A stretch of 32,000 nt of DNA from Candidatus Saccharimonadota bacterium. GTDB lineage: Bacteria; Bacillota_I; Bacilli_A; Mycoplasmatales; Hepatoplasmataceae. This document shows positions 30,833-32,000 of the stretch, piece by piece. The stretch is from positions 210,001-242,000 of the forward strand of contig AP027133.1 of the NCBI GenBank assembly GCA_027925325.1, given 5' to 3'. The stretch's first letter is position 1; each line of letters begins with the position of its first letter. The notes beneath the pieces were generated by a model. The model made no database searches and was not told the origin of the DNA. It saw only the letters and a program-made list of their open reading frames with translations. The position numbers and the translations under genes are program-made.

Positions 30833-30879
30833 AAATAGACTATTAAGATATCTTAGAATGATGCCTTGATAGTCTATTT
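30833..30879 (+). other. Nested hairpin in the leader/intergenic region of the second giant gene
   Basis: 10-bp stem AAATAGACTA (30833-30842) / TAGTCTATTT (30870-30879). It encloses an inner palindrome TAAGAT/ATCTTA and is followed by TTTT. It could be the terminator of the first giant gene or a leader structure of the second. Confidence 0.35.
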
Positions 30880-30988
30880 TTAGAATTAATTGATCATTTA
30901 TTAAATTAAAGTAATTTTATTAAATGATTTAAATATAGATGTTGATTAAAAATTTTATTAAAAAATAATAAATGGGAAAAATTAAATT

Positions 30989-32000
30989 ATGGAAAAGCAA
31001 ACAAAAATAGATTTTGATAAATATAAAATTAATAGCGAAAATAATAAATATAGAATTAATATAAATAATTTAGAGCAAAAATTAAAAAGTTCAACATCTA
31101 TGACTGATTCTGCACACGTACAGACTATAAATCCTGTAACTGAAGGCGGAGGTTTTCAACAAGAAGTTAACGAAAATATTATAGAAGGTCTTTCTTCACT
31201 TATTGGCGGGGAAGTTCCTTTAGATATTAATACATCTGCTGTTAATACTGTTGATGAAACTAATGAAGGTGGATCAACACAAGAAAATGTTAATAAAAAT
31301 AATAAAACAATTATTGATAATTTAAATTCTGATATTACAACAATAAATTCTGATATTGATGATTTAAATGAAAAAATTGATAATTTTTCTATAGATGTAG
31401 TTAGTTCAGAAATTAGTTCTGTTAATTCTTCTTTAGAAGGTGGATCAACACAAGAAGCAGTTAATAAAAATAATAAACAAAATATTGATGATCTAAATAA
31501 TGATATTAATGATCTTATTAACGGAAATACACAAATAAAAATTAATTCTTCATCTATTGATACATTAACTCCTTCTTTAGAAAATGGTGCAACACAAGAA
31601 GAAGTAAATAAAAATAATAAGCAACTTATTGATTCAATTATCAATGGTGAAAATCCAGCAAAAACAATTTCCTCATCTATTGATACAGAAAATTCTTCAT
31701 TAGAAAATGGTACAACACAAGAAGAAGTAAATAAAAACACAAAAGAAACAATTGATAATATTAATGATCAATTAGATAGTTTTGATGAAAGAATCAACTC
31801 TCTTGATGCAGGAATAAATACATCAAAAGTAAATACAACAAATTATTCATTAGAAGGCGGATCAACACAACAAGAAATTAATATAAAAAATAAAATTGTT
31901 TTTGATTCAATAAATTCTGAAATAGAAGATATTAATAGCAAGATTGATTGTATAGATGAAGGAATCGATACTTCTATAATTAATTCTATTGATTCTGTAT
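30989..32000 (+). CDS. Second giant repeat protein, paralog of 25692-30641; 5' part only, continues beyond the window
   Basis: Hand translation from ATG 30989 is open to the window end (337 codons). It shares the N-terminal TDSAHVQTINP..EGG motif and the LE[NG]G[SAT]TQEE[VI]NKNNK repeats. It is missing from the track only because no stop codon is reached. Confidence 0.8.
   Translation, partial: MEKQTKIDFDKYKINSENNKYRININNLEQKLKSSTSMTDSAHVQTINPVTEGGGFQQEVNENIIEGLSSLIGGEVPLDINTSAVNTVDETNEGGSTQENVNKNNKTIIDNLNSDITTINSDIDDLNEKIDNFSIDVVSSEISSVNSSLEGGSTQEAVNKNNKQNIDDLNNDINDLINGNTQIKINSSSIDTLTPSLENGATQEEVNKNNKQLIDSIINGENPAKTISSSIDTENSSLENGTTQEEVNKNTKETIDNINDQLDSFDERINSLDAGINTSKVNTTNYSLEGGSTQQEINIKNKIVFDSINSEIEDINSKIDCIDEGIDTSIINSIDSV

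Noticed and set aside
25835-31740. Many minus-strand ORFs inside the giant repeat genes (25835-26050, 26585-27073, 27359-27721, 27872-28108, 28133-28387, 28388-28642, 31156-31740)
   Set aside because: They are antisense reading of the periodic repeats, so they inherit the periodicity (for example the back-to-back 255-nt ORFs). The plus-strand ORF is uninterrupted for 4.9 kb and has a conserved paralog.
1-32000. tRNA, rRNA or other structured RNA genes
   Set aside because: I saw no GC-enriched islands with cloverleaf-like complementarity or conserved tRNA/rRNA strings (for example GGTTCGAATCC). The only GTTCG-like string (8655-8661) lies inside the Panacea CDS.

Overview
Very AT-rich Mollicutes-type chromosomal segment that reads TGA as Trp (translation table 4). 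The supplied ORF track used the standard code and alternative starts, so most real genes appear as fragments; I re-joined them by hand. Left to right: (1) the end of a minimal division cluster, rsmH (partial), ftsZ and sepF, with no ftsA. (2) An accessory stretch (2.3-9.4 kb): a DUF262/DUF1524-like (GmrSD-type) protein, three tandem SDR oxidoreductase paralogs interleaved with two copies of an unknown ~175-180 aa protein (one copy is fused in frame to an SDR through a TGA codon), and a Panacea/DUF4065-domain protein followed by a small two-TM coiled-coil protein, a candidate toxin-antitoxin pair. (3) A complete arginine deiminase operon, arcA-arcB-yfcC-arcC. (4) A surface and repeat-protein region (14.5-32 kb). 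It holds two paralogous signal-peptide + 7-bladed RCC1-like propeller proteins. One is an intact 1250-aa type I membrane protein with a Lys/Glu-rich repeat tail. The other is broken by a rearranged segment bounded by three perfect repeat pairs of exactly 127 bp, which is either an assembly mis-orientation or an inversion. The region also holds gapN, a Cof-type HAD hydrolase, a small Cys-rich ORF, a Lys-rich protein, and two divergently placed giant paralogs (1649 aa, plus a second that is partial at the window edge). These giants consist of about 34 copies of a ~43-50 aa repeat with core LE[NG]GxTQ[EQ]x[VI]NxNxK, and have no signal peptide, no TM segment and no Trp. I do not recognise this repeat family, and it is my best candidate for something undescribed. 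No rRNA, tRNA, CRISPR array, transposase or recombinase was seen.
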